The notes below the pieces were generated by a model that worked only from the letters and a program-made list of their open reading frames with translations, did not search any database and had not been told where the DNA came from. DNA of 64,000 bases from contig CAWAAX010000011.1 of the NCBI GenBank assembly GCA_963780225.1, forward strand, positions 32,001-96,000. The letters run 5' to 3'. Positions 37,401 through 47,609 of this stretch are shown here, one piece after another (positions within the stretch are counted from its first letter, which is position 1; each line of letters begins with the position of its first letter). The translations under genes and the position numbers were made by a program. The stretch is from an uncultured bacterium. Its GTDB lineage: Bacteria; Edwardsbacteria; AC1; EtOH8.

Positions 37401-37478
37401 TGGTGGACCTGAGGGGAATCGAACCCCTGACCTCCTGACTGCCAGTCAGGCGCGCTACCAAAACTGCGCTACAGGCCC
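37401..37478 (-). tRNA. tRNA-Ala (GGC)
   Basis: Minus strand GGGCCTG...CCTGA-CTGGCAG-TCAGG...GGTTCGATTCCCCTCAGGTCCACCA; G3:U70 pair. Confidence 0.96.
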
Positions 37479-37560
37479 GGATAAAATTAAACAGAATATA
37501 AGTTTACCAAAAAAACAGGCTTAAGTCAAGATGTAAATGCAGGATATGAGCATTTGGACT

Positions 37561-38496
37561 TTAAACCGCCAGCATCCGGTCCAATGCCTCTTTGGCCTTC
37601 CCTGCCGTTTTCTCCGGCAGGATGATCTCATTTTCCTCATGCTCCAAGGCCCAGGCCACCTTGGCCAGCGTGGTCATTTTCATATTGCGGCAGACCGCAT
37701 GGCGGGCCAGCGGATATATCCCTTTGCCGGGGTGGCTTTGACTTAACTGGTCCACCAGTCCCATCTCGGTCCCGATTATCCACTCGCTGACACCGCTTTG
37801 TTCCCCGACCGCCTTGACCATCCCCGAAGTTGAGGCCGCTTCGTCGGCCATCGCCACCACCTCCGGCCGGCACTCGGGATGCACTATCAGCCGGGCGCCG
37901 GGATGCTCCTCCCGGGCGGCCTTCACGTCCTCAACCGTGAAACTGTTGTGGACATGGCAGAACCCCGGCCACAGGATCAGTTCCCGGCCCGATATTCGCG
38001 CGGCATAAGAACCAAGGTTCCTGTCCGGCACGAACAGTATCTGCCGGTCGCGGGGCAGGGAATTCACCACTTTCACCGCATTGGAGGAAGTGCAGCAGAT
38101 GTGGCTCTGGGCCTTCACCGCCGCCGAGCTGTTGACATAGGCCACCACCAGCGGATCGTCATATTGTTTTTTGGCTGCGGCCAGGGACTCGGCCGTGATC
38201 ATGTCGGCCATGGGGCAGCCGGCGTCCCGGTCGGGCATGATGACCTTTTTTAGCGGGTTCAGTATCTTGGCGCTTTCGGCCATGAAGTGCACCCCGCAAA
38301 AGACAATGATCCTGGCCTGGACCCGGACCGCGGCCTGGGCCAGGGCCAGGGAGTCGCCCAGAAAATCGGCGATCTTCTGCACTTCCAGGGTCTGGTAATT
38401 ATGAACCAGAAAGACCGCATCCTTTTGCCGCTTCAGGCCGGATATGATGCCGTAAAGTTTTTCGTTCGGGAGTTTTTGGTATTCGGCCAGCGTCAT
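37561..38496 (-). CDS. nadA: Quinolinate synthase A
   Basis: HNYQ, GDSL, FCGVHFMAE, GCPMAD, YVNSSA, CTSSNA, HPEC, C.NMK. Confidence 0.96.
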   Translation of the reverse strand: MTLAEYQKLPNEKLYGIISGLKRQKDAVFLVHNYQTLEVQKIADFLGDSLALAQAAVRVQARIIVFCGVHFMAESAKILNPLKKVIMPDRDAGCPMADMITAESLAAAKKQYDDPLVVAYVNSSAAVKAQSHICCTSSNAVKVVNSLPRDRQILFVPDRNLGSYAARISGRELILWPGFCHVHNSFTVEDVKAAREEHPGARLIVHPECRPEVVAMADEAASTSGMVKAVGEQSGVSEWIIGTEMGLVDQLSQSHPGKGIYPLARHAVCRNMKMTTLAKVAWALEHEENEIILPEKTAGKAKEALDRMLAV

Positions 38497-39563
38497 TTTC
38501 GTTTAACTCCATCCAGCACTGATTGGTTGAATCTTTGTTTCTGGTCTTCATCCATGAACTCTATCTCCACCGGTAATACCAACAACGGCTTTCCGAAATC
38601 GATGCCTGGCGGAAGTTTTACCGCGTCCTTTTCGGTGGTTAGAAGAAAATCGCAACCCTGGGCCTTCCCGGCGATCTGCGCTAAGTTGTCCCGGGTATAA
38701 TGATGATGGTCGGGATATTTTATGTGGGAGGCAAATGCAAGCCCGGCCTGCCTGACGCTTTGTTCAAAGGACTCCGGCCGGGCGACGCCGGAGAACAAAA
38801 TGATCCTGCCCTTCTTCAGCTTTTCCATGTCCGCCGGCAGCCTGTCAGCAAACCCGTACGGCAGTCCGGCTTTATGCCGGGTCTTAAACATCGCGGCCCC
38901 TGAATTCTGTATTCTGTATTCGGTATTCAGGTTTTTGTACCTGGTCAGCACAATGGCCCCCGCCCGGCGCAGCGCTCCGACCGGCTCCCGCAGCATCCCG
39001 GCCGGCAGCAGCCAGCCGTTGTCATAAGGCCTCTGGCTGTCCAGCAGGACGATGTCCAGATCGCGCTTCAACCGCAGGTTCTGGAACCCGTCATCAAGCA
39101 CGATGACCTGAGCGCCCAGCGCCACGGCCTTCTCCGCTCCGGCCACCCGGTTCTGGCCGACAATGACCATCGCGCCTGGCCGCTCCTTCGTTCCCAGCAG
39201 ACGGGATGCGATCAGGTACGGCTCATCTCCGGCCTCGACTACGGGACACAGCACATTAAGCCCATCGCTGACAACCAGCGATTTTGATATTTGATCTTTT
39301 GTTTTTGATTTTCTTCTGTATCCCCGCGAAAGCACCGCCGTTCTAAAGCCGTTGGTCATCAGTGTCTGCGCCACGTAAATAGCCATCGGCGTCTTTCCGG
39401 TGCCGCCGGCAACGATGTTGCCGATGGAGATGACCGGAACCGCAGCCTTGTGGCTCCTGAACAAACCCGTCTTATAGGCGCCCGCCCTCAGCTCAATGAT
39501 CAACCCGTAAAGCAGGGAGACAGGCCAAAGGAAAGCGATCTTTATGATATCTGAATAATTCAT
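38493..39563 (-). CDS. lpxK: Tetraacyldisaccharide 4'-kinase
   Basis: SIGNIVAGGTGKTP, SRGY, GDEP, LDDGFQ, LLPAG.LRE, YPDHH, TTEKDAVK. Confidence 0.94.
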   Translation of the reverse strand: MNYSDIIKIAFLWPVSLLYGLIIELRAGAYKTGLFRSHKAAVPVISIGNIVAGGTGKTPMAIYVAQTLMTNGFRTAVLSRGYRRKSKTKDQISKSLVVSDGLNVLCPVVEAGDEPYLIASRLLGTKERPGAMVIVGQNRVAGAEKAVALGAQVIVLDDGFQNLRLKRDLDIVLLDSQRPYDNGWLLPAGMLREPVGALRRAGAIVLTRYKNLNTEYRIQNSGAAMFKTRHKAGLPYGFADRLPADMEKLKKGRIILFSGVARPESFEQSVRQAGLAFASHIKYPDHHHYTRDNLAQIAGKAQGCDFLLTTEKDAVKLPPGIDFGKPLLVLPVEIEFMDEDQKQRFNQSVLDGVKRK

Positions 39564-39671
39564 TGCACTATTAGGATAACCCAAACTGCCGGAAAAAACA
39601 AGCAAAATTTACGCATATTTTGTTTGACTTTGGCATGATTTAGACTTATCATTAAATGTTCATAACTATAT

Positions 39672-39814
39672 AGCCACAAAGACTCTAAGACACTACTTAC
39701 CTAAAACGTTTTTTCATCCTTAATTAGAGTCCTTTTACCTTGTCAATAACGACAAGGTGCTTGCCGAAGAATTTGAAATGGCTATGTTCTTTTGTGCCTT
39801 GGTGCCTTAGTGGC
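39672..39814. repeat. MITE-like remnant with degenerate octamer inverted ends
   Basis: AGCCACAAAGACTCTAAGACAC at the left and GTGCCTTGGTGCCTTAGTGGCT at the right are imperfect inverted repeats. Confidence 0.55.
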
Positions 39815-39834
39815 TGAATATTTACAATCGTTGT

Positions 39835-40584
39835 ATGCTTAAAACAATCGCCGACTTACATACCCATACCGTTTTTTCAGACGGCCGGCTTTCTCCCCGG
39901 GAGGTCTTGCAGATCGCTTCGGACAAGGGATACCGGGTGGGCCTGGCCGACCACTGCGGCCCGGGAAACTTCCAACTGGACAGCCAAGACCGGTTTGAAA
40001 GATACCTTACTGCCATTCAGGACCTTCCAGTCTACCGGGCGGTGGAACTGGACCTGGGGCGGGAGATTCCTGTTTCTCCGGAGGAGTTGAAGCGCTGCCA
40101 TTATCTGATCGGCGGGGTTCACTCGGCCGGGCCGATGGATTTCTTTGACCCCCATATCACCAAAGTGGACCTGGCCCGGCTGCTGGAGGAGATGCTGGAA
40201 ATAATCAAGTGCCAGTCCCAAAGATATTCTTTTGACATTCTGGCCCATCCCGGCCTTTTGCCCTGCAATTTCAGGGAGCAAAAGGACGCCATAACTGACG
40301 GCTGGCGGATAAAATTGGTGGAGCTGGCCCTGAAATGCAATTTGGCCATCGAACTCAGCTCCCGGTGGTTAGTGCCGGACTTTAAGCTGGCTGCGATGGC
40401 CAAAGAGGCCGGATTGAAGTTTTCCCTGGGTTCGGACGGGCACGGCGCGGACAAAATGTGCCGGCTGGACTATTCGCTGGAACTATCCGGGAAACTAGGA
40501 CTGACGGACCGGGACCTTTTCTGGCCCTTGAACGGTGCTATTCCGTGGCAAAAGAATCCTGGATCCGATCATCCATCACCCTGA
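39835..40584 (+). CDS. PHP domain phosphoesterase
   Basis: DLHTHTVFSDG, ADH, GGVH, LAHP, GSDGH. Confidence 0.88.
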   Translation: MLKTIADLHTHTVFSDGRLSPREVLQIASDKGYRVGLADHCGPGNFQLDSQDRFERYLTAIQDLPVYRAVELDLGREIPVSPEELKRCHYLIGGVHSAGPMDFFDPHITKVDLARLLEEMLEIIKCQSQRYSFDILAHPGLLPCNFREQKDAITDGWRIKLVELALKCNLAIELSSRWLVPDFKLAAMAKEAGLKFSLGSDGHGADKMCRLDYSLELSGKLGLTDRDLFWPLNGAIPWQKNPGSDHPSP

Positions 40585-41002
40585 TTCGGGCCGAAAGGAT
40601 CCGGGACATGGCCAGCATCATCTTGGCCGCAATCTTGGGCTCCTTATCCATCAGATAGGCGATGTGCTTGCGGGTCAGAATATATAGCCCAGTGTTCTCC
40701 ACCGCATTGACATTGGCCGAACGGGGAGCCTTGTCCAGCAGGGACATTTCTCCGAAGAATTTTCCCGGCCCCAGCTCGGCCAGCACCACGTCACCCTGAT
40801 CGGTGGGCAGGCTGATCTGGACCTTGCCGCTCTTGATCAGGTACATGCTGTCTCCGGGGGCGTCCTTCTGGCAGATGATGGCTCCGGGCAGGAAGTCCTC
40901 GGCCTCGGTGGAAAAAAGCTGGGTCAGGCGCATCGTCTCATCTTCGCTCAGTTCCTGAAACAACAGAAAATCCCTGAGATTATTAATGGAGTTCATTTCC
41001 AT
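40538..41002 (-). CDS. Cyclic nucleotide-binding domain protein (no HTH)
   Basis: GDSMYLIKSGKV, FFGEMSLLD..PRSA. Confidence 0.88.
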   Translation of the reverse strand: MEMNSINNLRDFLLFQELSEDETMRLTQLFSTEAEDFLPGAIICQKDAPGDSMYLIKSGKVQISLPTDQGDVVLAELGPGKFFGEMSLLDKAPRSANVNAVENTGLYILTRKHIAYLMDKEPKIAAKMMLAMSRILSARIRVMDDRIQDSFATE

Positions 41003-41256
41003 TCCTGTTTTATGAAGTAATGGGAGCTTTTGACTTTTAGAATGCTGCCCCCAAGGAATTTGCCGAGATGTCCCAGATTATTGAAGCCCTGATTAATAAC
41101 CGCCTTTTTCTCTTCGCGTCTCTCTTCCCGGTATCACTCCCGGGATATTGGTGCCCCGGCTGAAGGTGGCATAGAGGAGCTTCATTCCACCGATAAATAA
41201 AAATCTCTATTCCTGTCAAACCGATACGCTAACTTCCAAATATTTATTTAAAAGCC

Positions 41257-41592
41257 ATGAACAAACATCAAGAAGATCCATTGTCTCCGGAACCCTCGAC
41301 CAAGATCGCCAGCTCCAGTTACCGGCATTACTTGGGAATGGTCAAGATTCTGGAAAGGCTACACCGACAGCGTGACTTGGAATTCGGGCCCAGGCTGATG
41401 AACAAGATCATAGACGCCCGGCAAGATAGCCGGATCAGCGACGAGCAGACCATAGAGCTGACCGACCGGATTCACGTCTGGTGTCAGAAGCTGGAGGATC
41501 ATTTTGCCAGCCAGGAATATCAGATGAAAAAACTGATGCTGGCTATGGAACAAGAAGATCGCCGCAACGGGGAAAAAACGCCCACCCTATAA
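41257..41592 (+). CDS. Hypothetical helical protein
   Basis: 111-aa ORF with protein-like composition; no family recognised. Confidence 0.55.
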   Translation: MNKHQEDPLSPEPSTKIASSSYRHYLGMVKILERLHRQRDLEFGPRLMNKIIDARQDSRISDEQTIELTDRIHVWCQKLEDHFASQEYQMKKLMLAMEQEDRRNGEKTPTL

Positions 41593-41868
41593 CGGATTTT
41601 GTTATTGCGCGCGCCAAATTGGATGTAAGATACCAGGGGACTGAATCAAGTGGGAAAATTGTAAGTTCATCAAGCGTTGCCCGGTATCATTTTGTTCGGG
41701 CAGTTACGATCCTCTTCGGGCCTGTCTGACGACTCTTGAAAGACTATAGGCCATGGGCCGCCTGAAAGAGAAAAATTAATCTGGGTAGAAGCGGGGCCTG
41801 AATTCCGGGGAGGTAGCGGACGTTCACCATGGAATCCCTGGTAAGAATATTAAGGTTAGATTTTGTTT

Positions 41869-42318
41869 CTATCTTTTAGAAGTCATTGCCTCTTCCCGCC
41901 AAAGAGTCCCTTTGTTGCCCTTCACAGTTAAATCTGGCCGCCGTTTCCCGGATTTTTGTTCCCGGATGGCGGCTAAGGCCAAAGAGAGCAATTTTATCCT
42001 TTTATCTTTATCGTCCAAGCACTGTTTAAGCAATTTAAGTATCTCGGTTTTTTTTATATCGGCGCTGGGAAGATACCAATTCTCGCCTTTCTTTTTTACT
42101 CGCTGTAGCATTTTACACTCAACTAATTGTTCCAGGCAACAGGTGATTTCATCCTGGCTTTTACCCAACAACTTGGAAATGCTTTTAGGGGTTTCTTGCG
42201 AGTTGGGTTGGCGGGCATAATGCAAAATAATATCCAACGCAGTAAAACTATGTATCGATCGTTGGATGAAGTTTCCTAAATCTTTATTTTCATTAATGCT
42301 ATGCATTGTTATTTTCAT
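41869..42318 (-). CDS. Hypothetical protein, possible winged-HTH, AT-rich
   Basis: LDIIL.Y......T...ISK.LG.S...I...LEQLV...ML pattern resembles a wHTH. Confidence 0.55.
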   Translation of the reverse strand: MKITMHSINENKDLGNFIQRSIHSFTALDIILHYARQPNSQETPKSISKLLGKSQDEITCCLEQLVECKMLQRVKKKGENWYLPSADIKKTEILKLLKQCLDDKDKRIKLLSLALAAIREQKSGKRRPDLTVKGNKGTLWREEAMTSKR

Positions 42319-42567
42319 AAATGTACTAAATGATGACCTAATTAACTCAGCAAGTCCACGGTATTATTTTACGTAATCATAAAATAATCGTTGTATTCAT
42401 TAAAGACCAAAGAACCGCCTATTCCCACAAAAGCAGGAATCTAATAAATAACGCCTGCCTTTTAAGATATAAAAGCAATCTGTTGTATCTTATTGAAATA
42501 TAAGATATTATTGTAAACCTAGTGATTATTTTTCTCAGTTTATGATATTGTTGTTTAAAGTTCTTAA

Positions 42568-42584
42568 TGCATTTTCTATACCTG
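42568..42584 (-). promoter_or_regulatory. Putative sigma54 -24/-12 promoter
   Basis: Minus strand CAGGTATAGAAAATGCA, i.e. GG-N10-GC. Confidence 0.5.
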
Positions 42585-42657
42585 TTTTATTTTGTATTTT
42601 TATATCCCATATATACTTCATTTTCAACGAGTTATACTGTTGAATGTTATTCTTCAG

Positions 42658-42756
42658 TAAATACCCCAAGGTGTAAATTTTACACTTTCAATCTCTTAAG
42701 ACTATATATATCAACTTATTATGGCAAAGTGTAAAATTTACACCTTGGGGTATTTA
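42658..42756. promoter_or_regulatory. Perfect 31-bp inverted repeat with palindromic boxes (candidate enhancer/UAS pair)
   Basis: TAAATACCCCAAGGTGTAAATTTTACACTTT (42658-42688) and its exact reverse complement (42726-42756). Confidence 0.65.
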
Positions 42757-42762
42757 TTTGCA

Positions 42763-42800
42763 CATAAAAAGGCCTTAACCTAAGTTAAGGCCTTTTTATG
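42763..42800 (-). terminator. Intrinsic terminator of the sigma54 activator gene
   Basis: CATAAAAAGGCCTTAAC-CTAA-GTTAAGGCCTTTTTATG. Confidence 0.85.
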
Positions 42801-42836
42801 GAGCGCTTTAAAAAACTATCGTCTTATATTACTACC

Positions 42837-44348
42837 TCATGACTCCAGGCGGCGGGGCCGGATAATGTTCAGTTCCCTTAAGAGCCGGGAAAGATAGGAT
42901 GGCTGAATGTCCAAAACTTTTGCGGTTTTTCTTTGGTTCCAGCCATTCGCCTCCAGCGCTTTTAACATGTATTCCCGCTTGAATACGTCCTGTGCACTGT
43001 CCCAGGTCAAAGTAGGCGGGATGCCGTCACTGGTGGTGGTATCGTCCATCAGCCGGGGAAGGTTCTGCAGGGTTATGGTTTGCCCTGAACTGAGCATCAC
43101 CGCTCTCTCTATCGCATTCTGCAGTTCGCGGATGTTTCCCGGCCAGGAATAACTTTGCATGGCTTTCTCTGCCTCTTCAGTGAATCCGCGCACCTGCTTT
43201 TTGGTTTCCCGGCCAAAACGTTCCAGAAATTGCCCGGCCAGAACCGGGATGTCCTCCGTCCTTTGACGCAAAGGAGGCAGAAATATCTGGAACACGTTCA
43301 ACCGGTAATAAAGATCCTCCCGGAACAATCCGGACTTCACCATTTGCAGTAGGTCCTTGTTGGTGGCGGCGATGATCCTGACATCCACTTTGATGGTTTC
43401 GCTACTGCCCAGACGCTCGAATTCCCTCTCCTGCAAAACTCTCAGGATCTTGGCCTGGATGGCCTGGGGCAGGTCCCCCACTTCATCCAGGAAGATTGTG
43501 CCGCCGGCCGCCATTTCAAACCGGCCTTTGTGCCGGCAGCTGGCTCCGGTAAAGGCGCCCTTCTCGTGGCCGAACAACTCGGATTCCAGCAGTTCCACCG
43601 GGATGGCGGCGCTGTTGACGGCCACAAAAGCCTTTTCGGCCCGAGGGCTTTGGTAATGGATGAATCGGGCCAGCAGTTCCTTGCCGGTCCCGTTCTCGCC
43701 CTGCAGCAGTACCGTGGTGTTTCCGGAGGCCACCTTGCGGGCCAGCCCCAGCACCTCTTCCACCGCCTGGCTTTTGCCGGTGATGGTATAGCGGCTGGCC
43801 AGCTCGTCGCGCAGCTGGATGTTCTCGTCCTTCAAGCGGCTGTATTTGTAGGCATTTTCCAGCACCTGGGCCGCCAGATCAGCGAATTTCAAAAGCAATT
43901 CCTGGTCCTGCTGGCCAAACTGCTGGCCGTCCTTTTTATTCAACACCTCTATCACGCCGATGGTCTGCCCTCCGGACAACAGCGGCACGCATAACAGGGA
44001 CTTGGTGGTAAATTTGGTCTCCTCGTCGATGCCCTTCCAGCGTTCGTCTTGTTCGGCTTGATTCACAATCTGGGGTTTTTGCTCCCGGGCCACCCAGCCG
44101 GCGATCCCCTGACCCATGGGGATAGGAAGTTTTTTCAGTTCCTCCGAAACCTCGCCAGTGGCATGGGCAAAATGCAGGTTCTGGGTGGCCTGGTCCAGCA
44201 GCAGAAGCGAGCTGGCCTCGGCCACAGTCAGTGTTTTGGCCGACTCTATGATGATGTCCAACAGCTGGCTTTGATCCAGGGTGGATGAAAGCGATTTGCT
44301 GAAAGACAGCAAAAATTCCAGCTCCTGGCGGGATTTTTGGTCGTTCAT
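42837..44348 (-). CDS. GAF-AAA+-HTH sigma54-dependent transcriptional activator
   Basis: GAF domain, GENGTGKE, ESELFGHEKGAFTGA, FLDEVG, FREDLYYRLNV, WPGNIREL, C-terminal Fis-type HTH. Confidence 0.95.
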   Translation of the reverse strand: MNDQKSRQELEFLLSFSKSLSSTLDQSQLLDIIIESAKTLTVAEASSLLLLDQATQNLHFAHATGEVSEELKKLPIPMGQGIAGWVAREQKPQIVNQAEQDERWKGIDEETKFTTKSLLCVPLLSGGQTIGVIEVLNKKDGQQFGQQDQELLLKFADLAAQVLENAYKYSRLKDENIQLRDELASRYTITGKSQAVEEVLGLARKVASGNTTVLLQGENGTGKELLARFIHYQSPRAEKAFVAVNSAAIPVELLESELFGHEKGAFTGASCRHKGRFEMAAGGTIFLDEVGDLPQAIQAKILRVLQEREFERLGSSETIKVDVRIIAATNKDLLQMVKSGLFREDLYYRLNVFQIFLPPLRQRTEDIPVLAGQFLERFGRETKKQVRGFTEEAEKAMQSYSWPGNIRELQNAIERAVMLSSGQTITLQNLPRLMDDTTTSDGIPPTLTWDSAQDVFKREYMLKALEANGWNQRKTAKVLDIQPSYLSRLLRELNIIRPRRLES

Positions 44349-44550
44349 GGGTTTTATATCCTTTTTGTAATATTTTCTTACCCAATGATAACAGCGATAT
44401 ATATGCTTGTCAAGGGGGTGGGTATCCATAAAAATTACAGGGTTTATGTTTACATTGCTGTTTTTCATCTATAGCGCTTTTTATTTGCAAAGTTACCGGA
44501 AAAAGTGATATGATTACCGGAAAGAAAAGCCTATCAATAAATTTATATTT

Positions 44551-46551
44551 ATGAGCAAGTTAAACGATCAGCAATATCAACAAGCCGCCGATACTCTGCG
44601 AATGCTGGCGGTGGACGCGGTGGAGCAGGCCAACTCCGGCCATCCCGGTCTTCCGATGGGCGCGGCGGATTTTGCCTTTGTGCTGTGGCACGACTTTTTG
44701 CGGTTCAACCCCAAAGACCCCAAGTGGCCTGGACGGGACCGTTTCATCCTATCGGCCGGCCACGGCTCGGCCCTGCTGTACGGGCTGCTGCATCTTTTCG
44801 GATACGATGTCTCACTGGAAGAACTTAAGAATTTTCGCCAGTGGGGAAGTTTGACCCCGGGCCATCCCGAAGCCGGGCACACCCCGGGAGTGGAGGTGAC
44901 CACCGGCCCGCTGGGACAGGGATTTGCCAACGGCGTGGGCATGGCCCTGGCCCAGAAGATGGCTACCGCCCGGTTGGGGCTTGACCGGCAGAAAATTCTT
45001 GATCATTACATTTATGCCCTGGTTTCGGACGGAGACCTGATGGAAGGCATTTCTTCCGAAGCGGCCTCGCTGGCCGGACATTTGAAGCTTGGTAACATCA
45101 TCTATATTTATGACGACAACCGCATCACCATTGACGGCCGGACGGATGTAAGCTTTTCCGAGGACGTGGGCGCCCGGTTCAAGGCCCTGGGCTGGCATAC
45201 CCAGGCCATCGACGGCCACGATCATCAGGCCATTAACAAGGCGATCAAGAAAGCCCAAAAGATTTCGGACAAACCTTCGCTGATCCTGGCCCGGACCCAC
45301 ATAGCCCAAGGCAGCCCCAACAAACATGATCTTTCATCGGCCCACGGCTCGCCGCTGGGAAAGGACGAAGTGGCCGCCACCCGCCAGAACCTGGGCTGGC
45401 CCCAGCAGGCGTTTTACATACCGGACGAAGTGAGATCGGTCTGCCAGAAGAAGGTCTCCCGGAATAAACGGGAATACAACAAGTGGCAGAAGGATCTTGC
45501 CGCATGGAGATTGCAGACCCCGGAAAAGGCAGGCCTGTGGGACCAGCTGGAGAAAAAAGAGATCCCCGCGGACATTTACGGCATTTTATCATCCGCCATT
45601 AAAGCCGAACCGGCAGCCACCCGCAGTCTTTCCGGTGAGATGATCCAGAAGATAGCCGGGATCGTTCCTTCCCTGGCGGGCGGTTCGGCCGATCTGGCCG
45701 GCTCCACTAATTCCGGCATCAAGGGCTCGGCCCATGTTTCGGCGGAAGATTTCAGCGGACGCAATATCCATTTCGGCATCCGGGAACACGCCATGGGAGC
45801 CATGATGAACGGAATGTCGCTTTACGGATTTTTCATCCCCTTCGGCTCCACCTTTCTGGTGTTCTCGGATTACTGCCGCCCGGCCATCCGTCTTTCGGCG
45901 CTGATGAAACTGCCGGCAGTTTACATTTTCACCCACGACTCTTTTTATGTGGGCGAGGACGGACCCACCCACCAGCCTATCGAACATGTTTCAGCTTTAA
46001 GGCTGATACCCAACCTGCAGGTGATCCGGCCGGCCGACGCCCTGGAGACCGCCGCCGCCTGGACTCTGGCCCTGCAGAAGAAGGACGGCCCGACCGCCCT
46101 GGTCCTGACCCGGCAGAAACTTCCGGTGATAGAGCGTTCAAAGGGATTTGATTCCGGCGATGTTCTGCGAGGAGGCTATAAAGTTTGTAGCTTCGGACAG
46201 GGCCGCAAAATTACGCTGATGGCCAGCGGCTCGGAGACGGGCCTGGCGGTGGAATCCGCCAAACTGCTGGCTTCGCAGGGACTGGAGATCTCCGTGGTCT
46301 CGGTGCCCTGCCTGGAGCTGTTTTTAGAGCAAAGCAAAGAATACCGCAAATCAGTCATTCCTGCCGGCTCCCTGAAAGTGGCGCTGGAGGCCGGACGGGG
46401 CGCGCTGTGGCGGCAGGTGATCGGCGAAGACGGCCTGTTCATAGGCATCGAGCATTTCGGCGCCAGCGCCCCGGACGAGGTTTTGGCCAAGGAGTTCGGG
46501 TTTACGGCGGAGCAGATGGCTAATAAGATAACAGCGTTTATCGAGAAGTAA
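44551..46551 (+). CDS. tkt: Transketolase
   Basis: SGHPG, DRFILSAGH, TTGPLGQG, DGDLMEG, FGIREHAM, GEDGPTHQP. Confidence 0.97.
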   Translation: MSKLNDQQYQQAADTLRMLAVDAVEQANSGHPGLPMGAADFAFVLWHDFLRFNPKDPKWPGRDRFILSAGHGSALLYGLLHLFGYDVSLEELKNFRQWGSLTPGHPEAGHTPGVEVTTGPLGQGFANGVGMALAQKMATARLGLDRQKILDHYIYALVSDGDLMEGISSEAASLAGHLKLGNIIYIYDDNRITIDGRTDVSFSEDVGARFKALGWHTQAIDGHDHQAINKAIKKAQKISDKPSLILARTHIAQGSPNKHDLSSAHGSPLGKDEVAATRQNLGWPQQAFYIPDEVRSVCQKKVSRNKREYNKWQKDLAAWRLQTPEKAGLWDQLEKKEIPADIYGILSSAIKAEPAATRSLSGEMIQKIAGIVPSLAGGSADLAGSTNSGIKGSAHVSAEDFSGRNIHFGIREHAMGAMMNGMSLYGFFIPFGSTFLVFSDYCRPAIRLSALMKLPAVYIFTHDSFYVGEDGPTHQPIEHVSALRLIPNLQVIRPADALETAAAWTLALQKKDGPTALVLTRQKLPVIERSKGFDSGDVLRGGYKVCSFGQGRKITLMASGSETGLAVESAKLLASQGLEISVVSVPCLELFLEQSKEYRKSVIPAGSLKVALEAGRGALWRQVIGEDGLFIGIEHFGASAPDEVLAKEFGFTAEQMANKITAFIEK

Positions 46552-46555
46552 ATCA

Positions 46556-46954
46556 ATGAAATTCTATGTCGCCGCCTATATCCGCGAGAAAAAACGGGTG
46601 AGGGAAATTATTCGGCAGCTTCAAAAGCAAGGTCACAAAATTACTGTTGACTGGACGAGCGGCCGTGTTACCTCAATCCCGAACAGGGATAAAGATTCAA
46701 AACGGATACGGGAAATTGCTGTCAGAGATATGAAAGGCGTGCGGAATTGCGACGTATTCATTATTCTCTCCACGCCAGTGGCTGGGCGCGCCAAATATGT
46801 TGAGCTGGGTGCGGCCATCTCGTCTTTTTTGGAGAAAGGAAGACCAAGAATATATGTACTGGGAGAAAAAACAGATCAATCTGTATTCTACTATCATCCA
46901 ACGGTGAAACGAGTGCGGAGTTTAGAGGATATTATCAAAGATATCCGTAATTAG
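46556..46954 (+). CDS. Hypothetical protein, nucleoside 2-deoxyribosyltransferase-like fold
   Basis: MKFYVA...G.....DW...D..GV.NCDVFI.L......YVELGAA...SVFY.HP. Confidence 0.6.
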   Translation: MKFYVAAYIREKKRVREIIRQLQKQGHKITVDWTSGRVTSIPNRDKDSKRIREIAVRDMKGVRNCDVFIILSTPVAGRAKYVELGAAISSFLEKGRPRIYVLGEKTDQSVFYYHPTVKRVRSLEDIIKDIRN

Positions 46955-47035
46955 GGTTCGTCATTCCGGCATAAAAGCTTGGCCGATTTACGGGAAACAT
47001 CAATATAAATTGATACCCGGAAGGAAAGTAGCATT

Positions 47036-47560
47036 ATGTACACCATAACTCTGCTTTTATTGCTTACTGCCGGACAGGTCTTGGCAGAATTACCTGCCCT
47101 TCAGACCGTCCCCAAGGTTGACCTGAACCGCTACCTGGGAACCTGGTACGAGATCGCCACCATCCCCCAGCGCTTCCAGAAGGGCTGCACCGGGGTCACC
47201 GCCACCTACAGCCTGCGCCCGGACGGAAAGATAGACGTGCTTAACCAATGCTACAAGGATTCCCTGAATGGAAAGCACAAACAGGTGCATGGCAAGGCCT
47301 GGGTGGTTGACAAAGAGACCAATGCCAAACTTAAAGTCCAGTTCTTCTGGCCCTTCTCCGGGGCCTATTGGGTAATAGAGTTGGATTCCGTTGGGTACCA
47401 GTATGCCGTGGTAGGACACCCCAACCGCGATTACCTGTGGATACTCTGCCGGACCCCGGAGATGGATGAGGGGTTGTATGGGGATCTTTTGAGGCGGTTG
47501 CAGGAAGTCCATGGTTATGACCTCTCTAACCTTAAAAAGACTCCGCAAAAAACAGACTGA
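47036..47560 (+). CDS. blc: Bacterial lipocalin (Blc-like)
   Basis: DLNRYLGTWYEIA, LKVQFFWPFSG.YWV, YLWIL.R.P; signal peptide. Confidence 0.88.
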   Translation: MYTITLLLLLTAGQVLAELPALQTVPKVDLNRYLGTWYEIATIPQRFQKGCTGVTATYSLRPDGKIDVLNQCYKDSLNGKHKQVHGKAWVVDKETNAKLKVQFFWPFSGAYWVIELDSVGYQYAVVGHPNRDYLWILCRTPEMDEGLYGDLLRRLQEVHGYDLSNLKKTPQKTD

Positions 47561-47609
47561 ATCCTTGAAAAATGAAACGGCAGGGCTCTTTTTATCTACC
47601 GCCAGATCT

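Noticed and set aside
41037..41219. Small ORF or riboswitch between the cNMP gene and 41257
   Set aside because: No RBS, motif or recognisable aptamer consensus.
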